This document shows positions 41,822 through 51,608 of a stretch of DNA of 64,000 nucleotides, in pieces; positions within the stretch are counted from its first letter, which is position 1, and every line of letters starts with the position of its first letter. The stretch lies in NCBI GenBank assembly GCA_963745025.1, contig CAVUWD010000019.1, forward strand, positions 128,001 to 192,000, given 5' to 3'. This stretch comes from an uncultured delta proteobacterium (lineage in GTDB: Bacteria; Desulfobacterota; Binatia; JACPRU01). The notes under the pieces are model-generated. The model was given only the letters and a program-made list of their open reading frames with translations. It had not been told where the DNA came from and made no database searches. Made by a program: the position numbers and the translations under genes.

Positions 41822-43491
41822 CGCTCCGTTCCTTTCGCTTTGCCGCCGAGCCTTTGGGACTGCTCGAAGGTGCCGAACCCGACACCACCCTGCGCGCCGA
41901 AGCGGGCCAGCCCGAAGAAAGTGAGAACCCTCCCCTCCGCGGCAGGGCGGACCACGGGAATCGCGTGCGTCACTTGTCCAAGAACACGCAAACTGCCCGA
42001 TCGGCTCGCCACCTCGACTCGCATCGCCTGGGGAGCGAGGCCGCCCGCGGAGTTGCGAACCGAGACGCGACCCGAGAGGAGCGGCTCGATCCGCCCGTCG
42101 CGGAGGATTTCGCCCTCCACGCGTTCGTCGCCATCGGTGTGTGAGGACATCGACAGGAAGGTTTTGGGGCCAAGCGGGATGCGCAGAGCGCGGCGCTCTT
42201 GCCAGCGGCGCGGGTCCGCTCGGCGGCCGTCTTCGAGCGTGGCCGCCGAGCGGATCGTGGCGGTCCGTCCATCGTGACGAACGCGACCTTCGACACGGCC
42301 GATTCGCGCGTGCCGGCCGCTCGATCCCACCGCCGCGGTCGGCTGCCATTCGAGCTTCGCTTCGAGCCGCGAGAGCTCGGCCTCGGAGAGGCCGAATTCC
42401 AGGTCGAGGAAGGGATCCGTGCGCGGAAACGTCAGGCACGGACCTTCGTACTCGAGCGTGATCACTCCCGCCGCACCACGCGTCCAGGCGAGCCCTCCGC
42501 AGCGCAGTCGATCGCCCGTGGTGGGAAGAGCGTCCTCTCCGGTGAACAGCCCGAGGCGCGTGGCGCCGATGCAGATGAGAAAGCGACCCTGGCGCCGCCC
42601 CGACACGAGGCGCTCCGCGGCGGCAAAGCCGCCGACCCCGGCTTCGCCGTCGTGGAACTCGAGGGCCAGCTGCTCGGGCGCGAGGCACTGCGCCTGCACC
42701 ACCTCGAGCATGGTCAGCGTCGCGTCGGCCGGGGCGCTGTCCGCGAACGTCGCGACGGCCTCGATCAGGCGGGTGCGAAGGGCTCCCGGCCAGCGCAGCG
42801 GCACCGCCAGTTCGATCTGGACCGCCGCGATCTTCCCCGCGGCGCCGAGGCGGCCGAGCTCTCGAACGCGCGGATCGAGGTCGTCCGCGAAGCGCGCCGT
42901 GAACAGCTGGAGCACGTTGTCGCGGCCGGCGGCGGGGTAGCGGTCGCCGATCGTCACGTCGATCCCGCCGCGACGGGACGCCTCGGCGAACTTCGCGAGC
43001 CTCGGTAGGAAGCGCAGCGGCACCGTTGGCACGCCCTGCTTGACGGGCACGAAGGTGCCGCCGCCGATGCGGGCCCCGATACCGATGTCGCAGCATGGCT
43101 GGATGGCGTTCCAGCCGTGTATGAAGAGAAGCGTCGCTTCGCCGGCCTCGGCGATCTGCCGGCGAACGTCCTCGAGCAGCAGATCGATGAACCAGGGCGC
43201 GCCCTTGCGTACGTCGCCCACGCGGTTCAGATCGAGCCGGTTTCGGTCCTCGGCGCGGTTGACGATCGCCGACGCGCCGAGGCGGTTCGCGAGCTCGATC
43301 GTCAGCTCGGCGGTATGCAGATCGTTGACCTTGCGCGAGGCTTCGTCGAGCGCGGCGGCGCGTGCGCTGCGTCCGCCATGGGGGGCTACGAAGAGGAGCG
43401 GCGCTCCACCCGCAATTCGCACCAGCCAGTCGGGGAGGGCCGTGCCGGGGTTCACACTGTGATACACACCACGGGCACCGCGTAGGGGCAA
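41818..43491 (-). CDS. Hypothetical protein: N-formylglutamate amidohydrolase-like N-domain plus unknown beta-rich C-domain
   Basis: LFVAPHGG, NDLHT, DLNR, FIHGW and AVQIEL pattern. Start uncertain (possibly ~43455). Confidence 0.6.
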   Translation of the reverse strand: MPLRGARGVYHSVNPGTALPDWLVRIAGGAPLLFVAPHGGRSARAAALDEASRKVNDLHTAELTIELANRLGASAIVNRAEDRNRLDLNRVGDVRKGAPWFIDLLLEDVRRQIAEAGEATLLFIHGWNAIQPCCDIGIGARIGGGTFVPVKQGVPTVPLRFLPRLAKFAEASRRGGIDVTIGDRYPAAGRDNVLQLFTARFADDLDPRVRELGRLGAAGKIAAVQIELAVPLRWPGALRTRLIEAVATFADSAPADATLTMLEVVQAQCLAPEQLALEFHDGEAGVGGFAAAERLVSGRRQGRFLICIGATRLGLFTGEDALPTTGDRLRCGGLAWTRGAAGVITLEYEGPCLTFPRTDPFLDLEFGLSEAELSRLEAKLEWQPTAAVGSSGRHARIGRVEGRVRHDGRTATIRSAATLEDGRRADPRRWQERRALRIPLGPKTFLSMSSHTDGDERVEGEILRDGRIEPLLSGRVSVRNSAGGLAPQAMRVEVASRSGSLRVLGQVTHAIPVVRPAAEGRVLTFFGLARFGAQGGVGFGTFEQSQRLGGKAKGTER

Positions 43492-43499
43492 CCGGTCCG

Positions 43500-43566
43500 G
43501 GCTAGAGGCTACGGGCTACCGGCAAACAATTCACGATGCCGTTCCCGTAGCCGGAATCGCGTAGCC
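43500..43566. repeat. HPR family 1, copy 6
   Basis: ggctaga ggctacg ggctacc ggcaaac...ccc gtagcc ggaatcgc gtagcc. Confidence 0.75.
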
Positions 43567-43576
43567 GGAGGTTTCT

Positions 43577-44600
43577 TCACTTCGCCCGCACCAGCTCGTC
43601 GTCGATCGTCTTCTGGAAGACCTCGAACGGCTGTGCGCCCCGGATCGAAATGCCGTTCACGAAGAAGCCGGGCGTGCCGCTGATGCCGGCCTTCTGGCCG
43701 ACGTCGAGCGACTTCTTGATCGTCGCATCGTACTTGTTCGAGGCGAGGCAGGCGTCGAACTTCGCCGGATCTAGCTTCAGGTCGCTCGCCCATTTCGTGA
43801 AGTTGTCGGCGGAGAACTCGTGCTGATGCTCGAAGAGGAGCGTATGATACTGCTTCGTACTTTCCTTGCTCGTCCGCGCAGTGGCTCGCAACGGCCGCTT
43901 GCATCGCGAACGGGTGGATGCTCGTCAGCGGGAAATCCATGAACACGTGATGGATCTTGCCGTCGTACTTCTCGAGCACCTTTTTGACGGCGTCCTGAGA
44001 GCGTCCGCAGAAGGGGCACTGATAGTCGGAGAATTCGACGAAGGTGATCGGTGCGTTCACCGGACCCTCGGCGTGGCCGGTCGAGGTGTCGATGTCAAAG
44101 CGCGGGGGCGAGATGTTGATGGTGATCTTCGCTTCCTGCTTGAGCTCGCGGATGTAATCGGCTTGTCGCGTGTTGATCGCTTGAGTCGCCAGCATGTCCT
44201 TGATGTGGGGTCCGAGGGTCTCGAGCGTCGCGTCGCCCGTCCGCCCCTTCAGCTTGTCGAAGGCGGCCTTGACGTCCTCGTCCGTCGGCAATTTCGCCTT
44301 GTCGGTGATCTCGCGCTTGACGAGATCGTCCTTGGGAATGCCGAGCGACTTCGCCTTGTCCGCGAGCAGCGCGTCCTCGATCATCTGATCGAGCTTCGCC
44401 TTGCGCGCTTCGTATCGTTCGCTTTCGATCTTGGCGAGCTGGGTTTTGATCGACTCGTCGAGCTCGTGAATCGTGATCGTCTTCGTGCCGATCTTGGCGG
44501 CCACGTCGGATTCTTCATGGGAGCCCGGGAACGACCCGCAGCCCTGCCCCGCCAAGCTGGCTCCCGCCAGAAGGAATAACCCAGCAATCGAATTTTTCAT
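43577..44600 (-). CDS. DsbA-family thioredoxin lipoprotein with SurA-N-like helical domain (apparent +1 frameshift at ~43855)
   Basis: EFSDYQCPFC, DFPL..H..A and GISGTPGFFVNG...GAQP. Confidence 0.85.
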
Positions 44601-44675
44601 GAATGCAAACACCGTAAGGCAAAGGGTCTGGCCAGTCAATCATCGAACGCCCGTTGATTTGCTCACGACCGTCTG

Positions 44676-47309
44676 GTGTCTAGGCTCCGCTTGAGAGCTG
44701 CGCGCCTCCTTTTCCACGCCGCGGTCGCGGTGGTCTCCGTGTCGCTCTCGGCGCGGGCCGCAGACGATCGTCCCGAGGTCGCGATTCGCGCTCGGCTCGA
44801 CTTCGACGCGCCCGAGATCAGCGGCGCCGCGGATGTTCGCTGGCGAAACGCGGGCGCCGTGCCGGCACGGACGCTTCGGGTCTTCCTGTTCGCGAATCGC
44901 TTTCGGTCGATCGATTCGCTGAACGATCTGGCGCGACACTTACTGATCGCGGGCCAAGCGTTCCGGCCGGGCGGAACGGACCTCGTGTCCGTGAGTGAAG
45001 CGGGAGCGTCGCTTTCCTGGCGCTTCGAGAACGTGCCGTCGTTGCCGCCGCACACCGTGGCGGCGGTCGATCTGGGTCGCGACGTTTTGCCGGGCGAGGA
45101 GATCGCCGTGACGATCGACTTCCGCACGCGGCTGCCGAATCTTCTCGATACCTTCGGCGACGTCGACGGGCTCGTGGTCGCCGACGGCGGTTGGTATCCG
45201 CTGCCGCTTGCCGTCGATTCGACGTCCGCGAACGATCTCTGTGCTTCGAGCGTCGCGACCCGTGCCGAGCTCTCGATCCCCGCGGGGAGCAGCTTGCTCG
45301 TGAACGGCAGGCGCTTCGCCGCTAACGCTGGCATCGAAGTCACGGCTCCGGCGGGGGAACGCCTGTCATTTGTGCTGTCACGCACGCCCTTCGAGACGAG
45401 CTCGTTTCGCGTCGGCGGGCGAACGGTCGAGATCGATACCGTCCCCGCTCGCGAGCTCGCGCATCGCATTTCCCCGGGCCAGGCGCCCCTCGAGGTGCTC
45501 GCAGACACGCTGCCCTCGATCCTCGCCGAGTCGAGCGAAGAACGATCGCTGCGGGTCGTGCGGCTGCCGCTGCGCTGGTATCCGTCAGCGTCGGCCCCGG
45601 GAATGGTGCTGGTGTCGGATCGATTGTTCGAGATCTTTCCGATTCTTCGCCCGCTCCATCAACGCGAGCTCGCCTACGCGGTCTTTCTCGAGGAGGAAAC
45701 GAGGAGAGCCGCGGCGCGCGAGCCTCCCGCCGATGCGCCGTGGATCGCCGAAGGGCTCGCCTGGCGCCGTGCCGAGGCACTCTATCGAGCGCGCTTTCGC
45801 GGCGGCCGAGAGGTCAAGGACTGGATTCGCCTCTTCGACGTGTTCGCGATCGTCGATCGCTTCGAAACGGCTCCGCGGATCCCGTTCGTCCGGCCGTTCT
45901 TCCCGGTCGCGGTATCGGATGATCCGCTCGGCATTCGGCTCGGGGGCGTCTGCCAGGACCGACCGCCGGGACGCTTCGTATTCGACAAGCTCGAGGCGAA
46001 GCTCCGCCCTGTGACCTTCGCAGCGGTGCTCGAGCGATACCGCCGAGGTCGGGATCCGTTGAGAGACGTCGTCAGGACGGCCGGCGGAGAAGACGCCGAC
46101 CGCTTCCTCGCCGCTTGGCTCCGTCCGCACGTCCCGGTCAACTATGCGCTCCGCGAGGTCGAGCTGGATCCCGCGGGCAAGCCCGGCGCGCGCTTCACGA
46201 TCGCGCGCATGAGCCCCGAGGCCCGTCCGGACAGCTTGGAGGTCGCGCTCGAAGAGGAAGGCGACGCGGAACCCGAGACGTCGTTCGTCGATCTGGGCGA
46301 CCCCTCGAACGCGGTCGAGCTCGCGGCGAGCAAGAAAGTACGTGCGCTGCAGCTCGACCCGGAGCGGAAGACCGTCGAGACCCGCCTCGACGACGACCGC
46401 GTACCTTCCGAGTATCAGTTCTTGCTCGACAGCGCCGACGTCGAGGTCTCGTCGACGGAATTCGGGATCTCGACGCTGCTCGTCGGCCGGCGACGTTACG
46501 ATTACCAGAAGGACCTGGCCGCGGCCGGATTCTACACGAGCCGGGGCTACGGCGTGGATGCCGGTCTGCAGTTACACGGGGGAAAGCCAATCGACGCCAA
46601 CCTCTACCGCCAGAACCTCTTCGCCTACTATTCGATCGAAGAGCTCGACTCCTCCTTCGAGAACAAGCAGGCGCCCGACGTGCGCACCCGGGGGCGGCTC
46701 GGCGGCTTCGGCCTGCGCTTCAATTCGTACGACGCGTTCTGGTTCGAGAATCCCGCGGGCTCGCACCACTTGCGGCTCTTCTTCGATGGCTATGACCGCG
46801 CGCTCGGCGGAGACTTCGGCTTCGTACGGGGCGGCGGAAGCCTCGCCTACACCCTGCCGCTGCGCGAGGACACCGTTCTCGCCGCGCAGGTGCTGAACGG
46901 CTACAGCGCCGCGACGGGCCACGGCCCGATCCCCAACCAGGGGCTCTTCAGCCTCGGGGGATTCCGTTCGATCCGCGGCATCGGAGCGGAAGACGAGCTC
47001 GCCAAGGATATCGTCGTGGTGCGCGCGGAGCTCCGTCGCATGCTGCCCTGGCGGCTCGACTTGAACTTCGAGGACGTGTTGATCGCACGCCGGCTGCAGG
47101 CAAAGGTCTTCGTGGATACCGGGCGCGTCGAAAACTCCTCGCGGCGGCTCTACGATCCATCCGGGTTCGCAGTCGGCGTCGGCGGAGGGCTGAACCTGTT
47201 TTACGACTTCATGGGATTCTTCCCGACCACGTTCTATCTCGACGTCGCCACGCGCGCCGACAAGGCCGGTAAGGCGCAAGTGCTGTTCGGCGTCGGCCAG
47301 CCGTTCTGA
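44676..47309 (+). CDS. M1-aminopeptidase-like N-region fused to an Omp85/BamA-type beta-barrel
   Basis: Signal peptide, GGWYP, WIAEGLA, DPER...ETRLDD, then barrel loop LGGFRSIRG, VFVDTG, GVGGGL and terminal F. Confidence 0.7.
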   Translation: MSRLRLRAARLLFHAAVAVVSVSLSARAADDRPEVAIRARLDFDAPEISGAADVRWRNAGAVPARTLRVFLFANRFRSIDSLNDLARHLLIAGQAFRPGGTDLVSVSEAGASLSWRFENVPSLPPHTVAAVDLGRDVLPGEEIAVTIDFRTRLPNLLDTFGDVDGLVVADGGWYPLPLAVDSTSANDLCASSVATRAELSIPAGSSLLVNGRRFAANAGIEVTAPAGERLSFVLSRTPFETSSFRVGGRTVEIDTVPARELAHRISPGQAPLEVLADTLPSILAESSEERSLRVVRLPLRWYPSASAPGMVLVSDRLFEIFPILRPLHQRELAYAVFLEEETRRAAAREPPADAPWIAEGLAWRRAEALYRARFRGGREVKDWIRLFDVFAIVDRFETAPRIPFVRPFFPVAVSDDPLGIRLGGVCQDRPPGRFVFDKLEAKLRPVTFAAVLERYRRGRDPLRDVVRTAGGEDADRFLAAWLRPHVPVNYALREVELDPAGKPGARFTIARMSPEARPDSLEVALEEEGDAEPETSFVDLGDPSNAVELAASKKVRALQLDPERKTVETRLDDDRVPSEYQFLLDSADVEVSSTEFGISTLLVGRRRYDYQKDLAAAGFYTSRGYGVDAGLQLHGGKPIDANLYRQNLFAYYSIEELDSSFENKQAPDVRTRGRLGGFGLRFNSYDAFWFENPAGSHHLRLFFDGYDRALGGDFGFVRGGGSLAYTLPLREDTVLAAQVLNGYSAATGHGPIPNQGLFSLGGFRSIRGIGAEDELAKDIVVVRAELRRMLPWRLDLNFEDVLIARRLQAKVFVDTGRVENSSRRLYDPSGFAVGVGGGLNLFYDFMGFFPTTFYLDVATRADKAGKAQVLFGVGQPF

Positions 47310-47312
47310 ATC

Positions 47313-47379
47313 GGCTACCGGCTACCGACTGCCGGCAAAGACTTCGCGGTGTCTTTCCGGTAGCCTGTAGCCGGTAGCC
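47313..47379. repeat. HPR family 1, copy 7
   Basis: ggctacc ggctacc gactgcc ggcaaag acttcgcggtgt ctttcc ggtagcc tgtagcc ggtagcc. Confidence 0.9.
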
Positions 47380-47434
47380 TGTTGGAGACGCCGGGTTGTG
47401 GATGCCGGCCATTCTTCGCTAGTTTCTGAGTCAC

Positions 47435-48811
47435 ATGCGCGCGCTTCTGATCTCGGCGAATACCGAAAAGATTCCCGACCCCGTCTATCCGATCGGTGCG
47501 GCGGCGGTAGGCGCGGCCGCGCGGCGAGCGGGCCACGAGGTCGAGGCGCTCGATCTCTGCTTCGCCGAGGACGCACGGTCGCTGGTCGTCGACGCGATTC
47601 GCGATTTCAAGCCGCAGGCGGTCGGGCTGTCGCTTCGCAATCTCGACAACTCGGCGTATCCCGAGAACTGCTCCTACATCGAGGACTATCGCGCGCTTGT
47701 CTCGTGGGTGCGACAGACGACCGAAGCGCCGGTGGTGCTCGGCGGCGCCGGCTTCACGGTCATGCCGACGACGATCCTCGAGGAGCTCCACGCCGACTAC
47801 GGGGTCGTCGGTGAGGGCGAGTTCGCGTTTCCCTGGCTGCTCGGCGAGATCGAGCGCGGCGGCCCGCTACGGGACGACGGAAGCTTCACTTGTCGGTCCG
47901 TGAACGGAGGAATGCTCGTCTCGGCGAACGCACGCATCAAGCAGCTCGATCTGGCGGGCGAGCCCGAGCGCGGTCTCTTCGACGTGCACCGCTACTACGA
48001 GCGCGGGGGCTGTCTGAACGTCCAGACCAAGCGCGGCTGCTGCTTCGAGTGCGTGTTCTGCAGCTATCCGCTGATCGAGGGCAGCAAGGTGCGCGCCCGC
48101 AGTCCCGAGCGGGTGGTCGACGAGATCGCCGACCTGCGATCCCGTTACGGAGTACGGCACCTCTTCGTCGTCGACAACATCTTCAACTTTCCGCTGCCGC
48201 ACGCGAAACGGATCTGCGAGGAGCTTCGCAGGCGACGTCTCGACGTCGAGTGGTCGGGCTACCTGAATCCGAAGTTCGTCGACGAGGAGCTGGTGCGGTT
48301 GATGGCGGCCTCTGGATGCAACAGCGTCGAGTTCGGCACCGATTCGGGGTCGGCGACGATGATCGCCAACCTGCGGAAGGAATTCGACGCTGAGGATCTC
48401 CGCCGCTCGAGCCGGCTCTGCCACCGCTACGGCGTCAAGTTCGCCCACAGCCTGATCTTCGGCGGCCCGGGAGAGACCCGCGAAACCATCGAGGAGACCC
48501 TCCGCCTGATGGACGAGCTCGAGCCCACCGCGGTGATCGCGTTCACCGGAATCCGCGTCTTGCCGGGCACGGGCATGGTGGAATTGGCTTTGCGCGACGG
48601 ACAGATCGATGCCGATGACAATCTCCTTCACCCCAAGTTCTACATCGCGCGGTCGCTCGGCGAGGAGCTGATCGCGACGATCGAGAATCACGCGGCGAGC
48701 CGGTCGAATTGGATCGTTCCCGGAAAGGGGATCCGGACCAACATCAGGATGCTGCAGAGGCTGCGCGACAAGAAGATCAAGGGTCAGCTGTGGCGGCTAC
48801 TGCGCCGGTGA
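47435..48811 (+). CDS. B12-binding radical SAM protein (lipid-biosynthesis-associated type)
   Basis: PVYPIG, VGLSLRNLDN, QTKRGCCFECVFCSYP (CxxxCxxC) and FGGPGET. Confidence 0.88.
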   Translation: MRALLISANTEKIPDPVYPIGAAAVGAAARRAGHEVEALDLCFAEDARSLVVDAIRDFKPQAVGLSLRNLDNSAYPENCSYIEDYRALVSWVRQTTEAPVVLGGAGFTVMPTTILEELHADYGVVGEGEFAFPWLLGEIERGGPLRDDGSFTCRSVNGGMLVSANARIKQLDLAGEPERGLFDVHRYYERGGCLNVQTKRGCCFECVFCSYPLIEGSKVRARSPERVVDEIADLRSRYGVRHLFVVDNIFNFPLPHAKRICEELRRRRLDVEWSGYLNPKFVDEELVRLMAASGCNSVEFGTDSGSATMIANLRKEFDAEDLRRSSRLCHRYGVKFAHSLIFGGPGETRETIEETLRLMDELEPTAVIAFTGIRVLPGTGMVELALRDGQIDADDNLLHPKFYIARSLGEELIATIENHAASRSNWIVPGKGIRTNIRMLQRLRDKKIKGQLWRLLRR

Positions 48812-48829
48812 GTTCGCGGCCGAGTGCGG

Positions 48830-49816
48830 ATGCCTGAGGTGCGTGGCCTGGTCTCCGTCGTTCGTCGTTTTCCCCGCACGCGCCTGCTCGTGGTCGGTGA
48901 CCTCATGCTCGACCAGTTCATCTCCGGACGGGTGAGCCGCATCTCGCCGGAGGCGCCCGTGCCGGTCGTGCAGGTGACGGGGGAAAGCTTTCACCTCGGG
49001 GGCGCGGCGAACGTGGCTGCCAACATCCGCGCGCTCGGCGGGCAGGCGGCGATCGTCGGCGTGGTCGGCACCGACGCACCCGGCGGGCGGTTGACCCGCG
49101 ACCTTCAGTCGATCGGCGTCGGTGTCTCCGGGGTCGTCCGGGGGGCGGCGTATCCAACGATCCGCAAGATACGCATTCTCGCCCACCAGCAGCAGGTGGT
49201 TCGTCTCGACCGCGAGCCGCGCGCGCTCGACGAGCGCCTGACGCGGAAAGTCGTTGCCCGCGTGCTGCGTTCGCTCGAAGGGTTCGACGGTGTCATCGTC
49301 TCCGACTACAACAAAGGGGTGGTGAGCCGCGCGCTCCTCGAGCGGCTCGGTGAGCGGGCCGACGGCAAGCCGATGCTGTTCATCGATCCCAAGAAGGGGA
49401 ACTTCCAGCACTACGTGGGCGCAACGCTCGTCAAACCGAACTTGGAAGCGGCATCGCTCGCCTCGGGTATCGAAATCGTCGACGAAAGCTCGCTCGCCAA
49501 GGCCGGCGAGCGGTTGCTCGAGCAGTGGCGGTGCGAGGCGGTGTTGATCTCGCGGGGCGAGGAAGGCATGACGCTGTTCCGCAGGAATCGTCGCATGGAA
49601 CACTTTCCGACGGCCGCTCGCGAGGTTTACGACGTGACGGGCGCGGGGGATACCGTGCTCGCGACCGTCGCGTTGGCGCTTGCTGCCGGCGCCACCTTCG
49701 AGGATGCGGCCGTGCTCGCGAACCGTGCCGCCGGGATCGTCATCGGCAAGCTCGGCACCGCGACGGCGTCGGCCGAGGAGCTCGTCGCCGATCTACGAAG
49801 GACGTCTCCGGCGTGA
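48830..49816 (+). CDS. rfaE1: D-glycero-beta-D-manno-heptose-7-phosphate kinase
   Basis: VGDLMLD, RISPEAPVP, GGAANVA, SDYNKG and DVTGAGDT. Confidence 0.93.
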   Translation: MPEVRGLVSVVRRFPRTRLLVVGDLMLDQFISGRVSRISPEAPVPVVQVTGESFHLGGAANVAANIRALGGQAAIVGVVGTDAPGGRLTRDLQSIGVGVSGVVRGAAYPTIRKIRILAHQQQVVRLDREPRALDERLTRKVVARVLRSLEGFDGVIVSDYNKGVVSRALLERLGERADGKPMLFIDPKKGNFQHYVGATLVKPNLEAASLASGIEIVDESSLAKAGERLLEQWRCEAVLISRGEEGMTLFRRNRRMEHFPTAAREVYDVTGAGDTVLATVALALAAGATFEDAAVLANRAAGIVIGKLGTATASAEELVADLRRTSPA

Positions 49817-49821
49817 GGAGC

Positions 49822-50694
49822 ATGACCGGATTCGGAGCCGCAACGGTGCGGCTCGGCGCCCGCTCGCGAGGCTCGATCACCGTCGAGGTGAAGAGCCTCA
49901 ACCAACGCTTTCTTGACCTCAAGCTCTCTCTTCCCAAGGAGTACGCGGTCTGGGAGGGTGACGTGCGGAAGATCGTTCAGGAGCACGTGGCGCGCGGACG
50001 CGTGGAGGTGTACGTCGGCCGCAGCGTCTCCGGGAATGACCGTCCGCCGATCGAGCTCGACGAGGATCTGGCGCGCGCCTACGTCGAACAATGGCGGCGG
50101 CTCAAGCGCGCGCTCCGTCTGGCCGGCGACGTGGACCTTTCCCTGCTCAAGGGAATCCCCGACCTCTACCGCGCGCGTGACGTGGCCGCGGTTCCGGAAG
50201 CCGAGCGCTCGCTGCTCGCCCGCGCCCTGGCTGCCGCGCTCCGCGAGCTCGATCGGTCGCGTCTGCGCGAGGGCGAGCATCTCGCCACCGACATGGGCGA
50301 GCGCATCCGCGCGCTCGAGACCCTCGCCGCGGGAATGGCCGAGCGCGCGGACGCGAGTCGGCAGGATACACGGCGGCGGATCGAGGAGCGCATGCAAGAG
50401 CTGCTTGCGGGTAAGGTCGACGATTCGCGCATCCTCCAAGAGGTGGCCTTTCAAGTGGAGCGAAGCGACGTCACCGAAGAGATCGTGCGTTTGCGCAGTC
50501 ACCTCGGCGGCCTCCAGGGTCTGATCGAAGCCGAGGACGCGGTCGGCAAACGGATCGATTTTCTCCTTCAGGAAGTGCAGCGGGAGGTCAATACCGTGGC
50601 GTCGAAGTCGAGCGATCTTCGTCTCACGCAGCTCGCCGTCGAGGCGAAGGGAGAGGTGGAGAAGATTCGGGAACAGGTGCAGAATGTTGAATAG
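49822..50694 (+). CDS. yicC: YicC family endoribonuclease
   Basis: MTGFG, EVKSLNQRFLD, DVTEEIVRL.SH, QEVQREVNT.ASK and EKIREQVQNVE. Confidence 0.93.
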   Translation: MTGFGAATVRLGARSRGSITVEVKSLNQRFLDLKLSLPKEYAVWEGDVRKIVQEHVARGRVEVYVGRSVSGNDRPPIELDEDLARAYVEQWRRLKRALRLAGDVDLSLLKGIPDLYRARDVAAVPEAERSLLARALAAALRELDRSRLREGEHLATDMGERIRALETLAAGMAERADASRQDTRRRIEERMQELLAGKVDDSRILQEVAFQVERSDVTEEIVRLRSHLGGLQGLIEAEDAVGKRIDFLLQEVQREVNTVASKSSDLRLTQLAVEAKGEVEKIREQVQNVE

Positions 50695-50736
50695 CGCGTC
50701 GTCGATCACCCCACTGATGCTCGGCGATGAAGGAGC

Positions 50737-50902
50737 GCGTCCGTTTCCGGTCGATCCGTACTCGGGTCGACCGGAAACGGACGCAATTGCGCGAAGCGCG
50801 GAAAGCAATAGACCGAGTCCTCGGCTATTGCCTTCCGCGCTCGCGCGCGGTGGGGTGGATGTTCCGGTAGATCCGAGTGCGGATCTACCGGAACATCCAC
50901 CC
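50737..50902. repeat. Triple-hairpin symmetric element, copy C
   Basis: Outer hairpin 50737-50784 (TACT), central inverted repeat, outer hairpin 50853-50902 (AGTG loop, 23-bp perfect stem). Confidence 0.92.
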
Positions 50903-50934
50903 GTTGCTCATCAACCCACAAACGGGAAAGTGGT

Positions 50935-51540
50935 GTGACGCTCATTGATTTTCGCCGCCGAGGCATTCTCTTCATCGTCTCGGCGCCCTCGGGCGCGGGG
51001 AAGACGACGATCTCGGGCCGTGCGCTGCGCGAAATCGGCGGTCTCGAGATGTCCGTATCCTGCGCGACCCGGGCGCCGCGCCCCGGCGAGGTCGATGGCC
51101 GTGACTACACCTTCCTCGATCGGAAGGAATTCGAGCGCCGCCTCGGCCGCGGTGAGTTCGCGGAGTCGGCCGAGGTTCACGGTTTCCTCTACGGCACGCC
51201 GCGCTTGCCGATCGATCGGGCCCTTGCGGAGGGACGGGACATGCTCCTTGACATCGACGTCCAGGGGGCTCGACAGATGAAGGACGGCTACCCCGCGGAC
51301 GCGGTCGCGGTCTTCGTCCTGCCGCCCTCGGAGGCCGAGCTCGAGCGGCGGCTGCGCACGCGCGGCACCGACTCCGAGGAGGTGATCCGCCGCCGTCTGG
51401 AGCGGGCCCGGGCGGAGATGGCGGAGTATCGAAGCTACGACTACCACCTGATCAACCGCGACGTCGCCGAGAGCGTTCGGCTGCTCGCCTCCATCGTTGC
51501 GGCCGAGCGGGTTCGCATATCGCGGCTGGTGGCACGATAG
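50935..51540 (+). CDS. gmk: Guanylate kinase
   Basis: SAPSGAGKTT, TRAPRPGEVDGRDY, YGTP and DIDVQG. Confidence 0.96.
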   Translation: MTLIDFRRRGILFIVSAPSGAGKTTISGRALREIGGLEMSVSCATRAPRPGEVDGRDYTFLDRKEFERRLGRGEFAESAEVHGFLYGTPRLPIDRALAEGRDMLLDIDVQGARQMKDGYPADAVAVFVLPPSEAELERRLRTRGTDSEEVIRRRLERARAEMAEYRSYDYHLINRDVAESVRLLASIVAAERVRISRLVAR

Positions 51541-51608
51541 CGAAGGTCGGGGCGACTCGGCCGCGCGCTTTCCCCCTACGATTCGGGTGCTAGACTGAGC
51601 TGGCCGCC

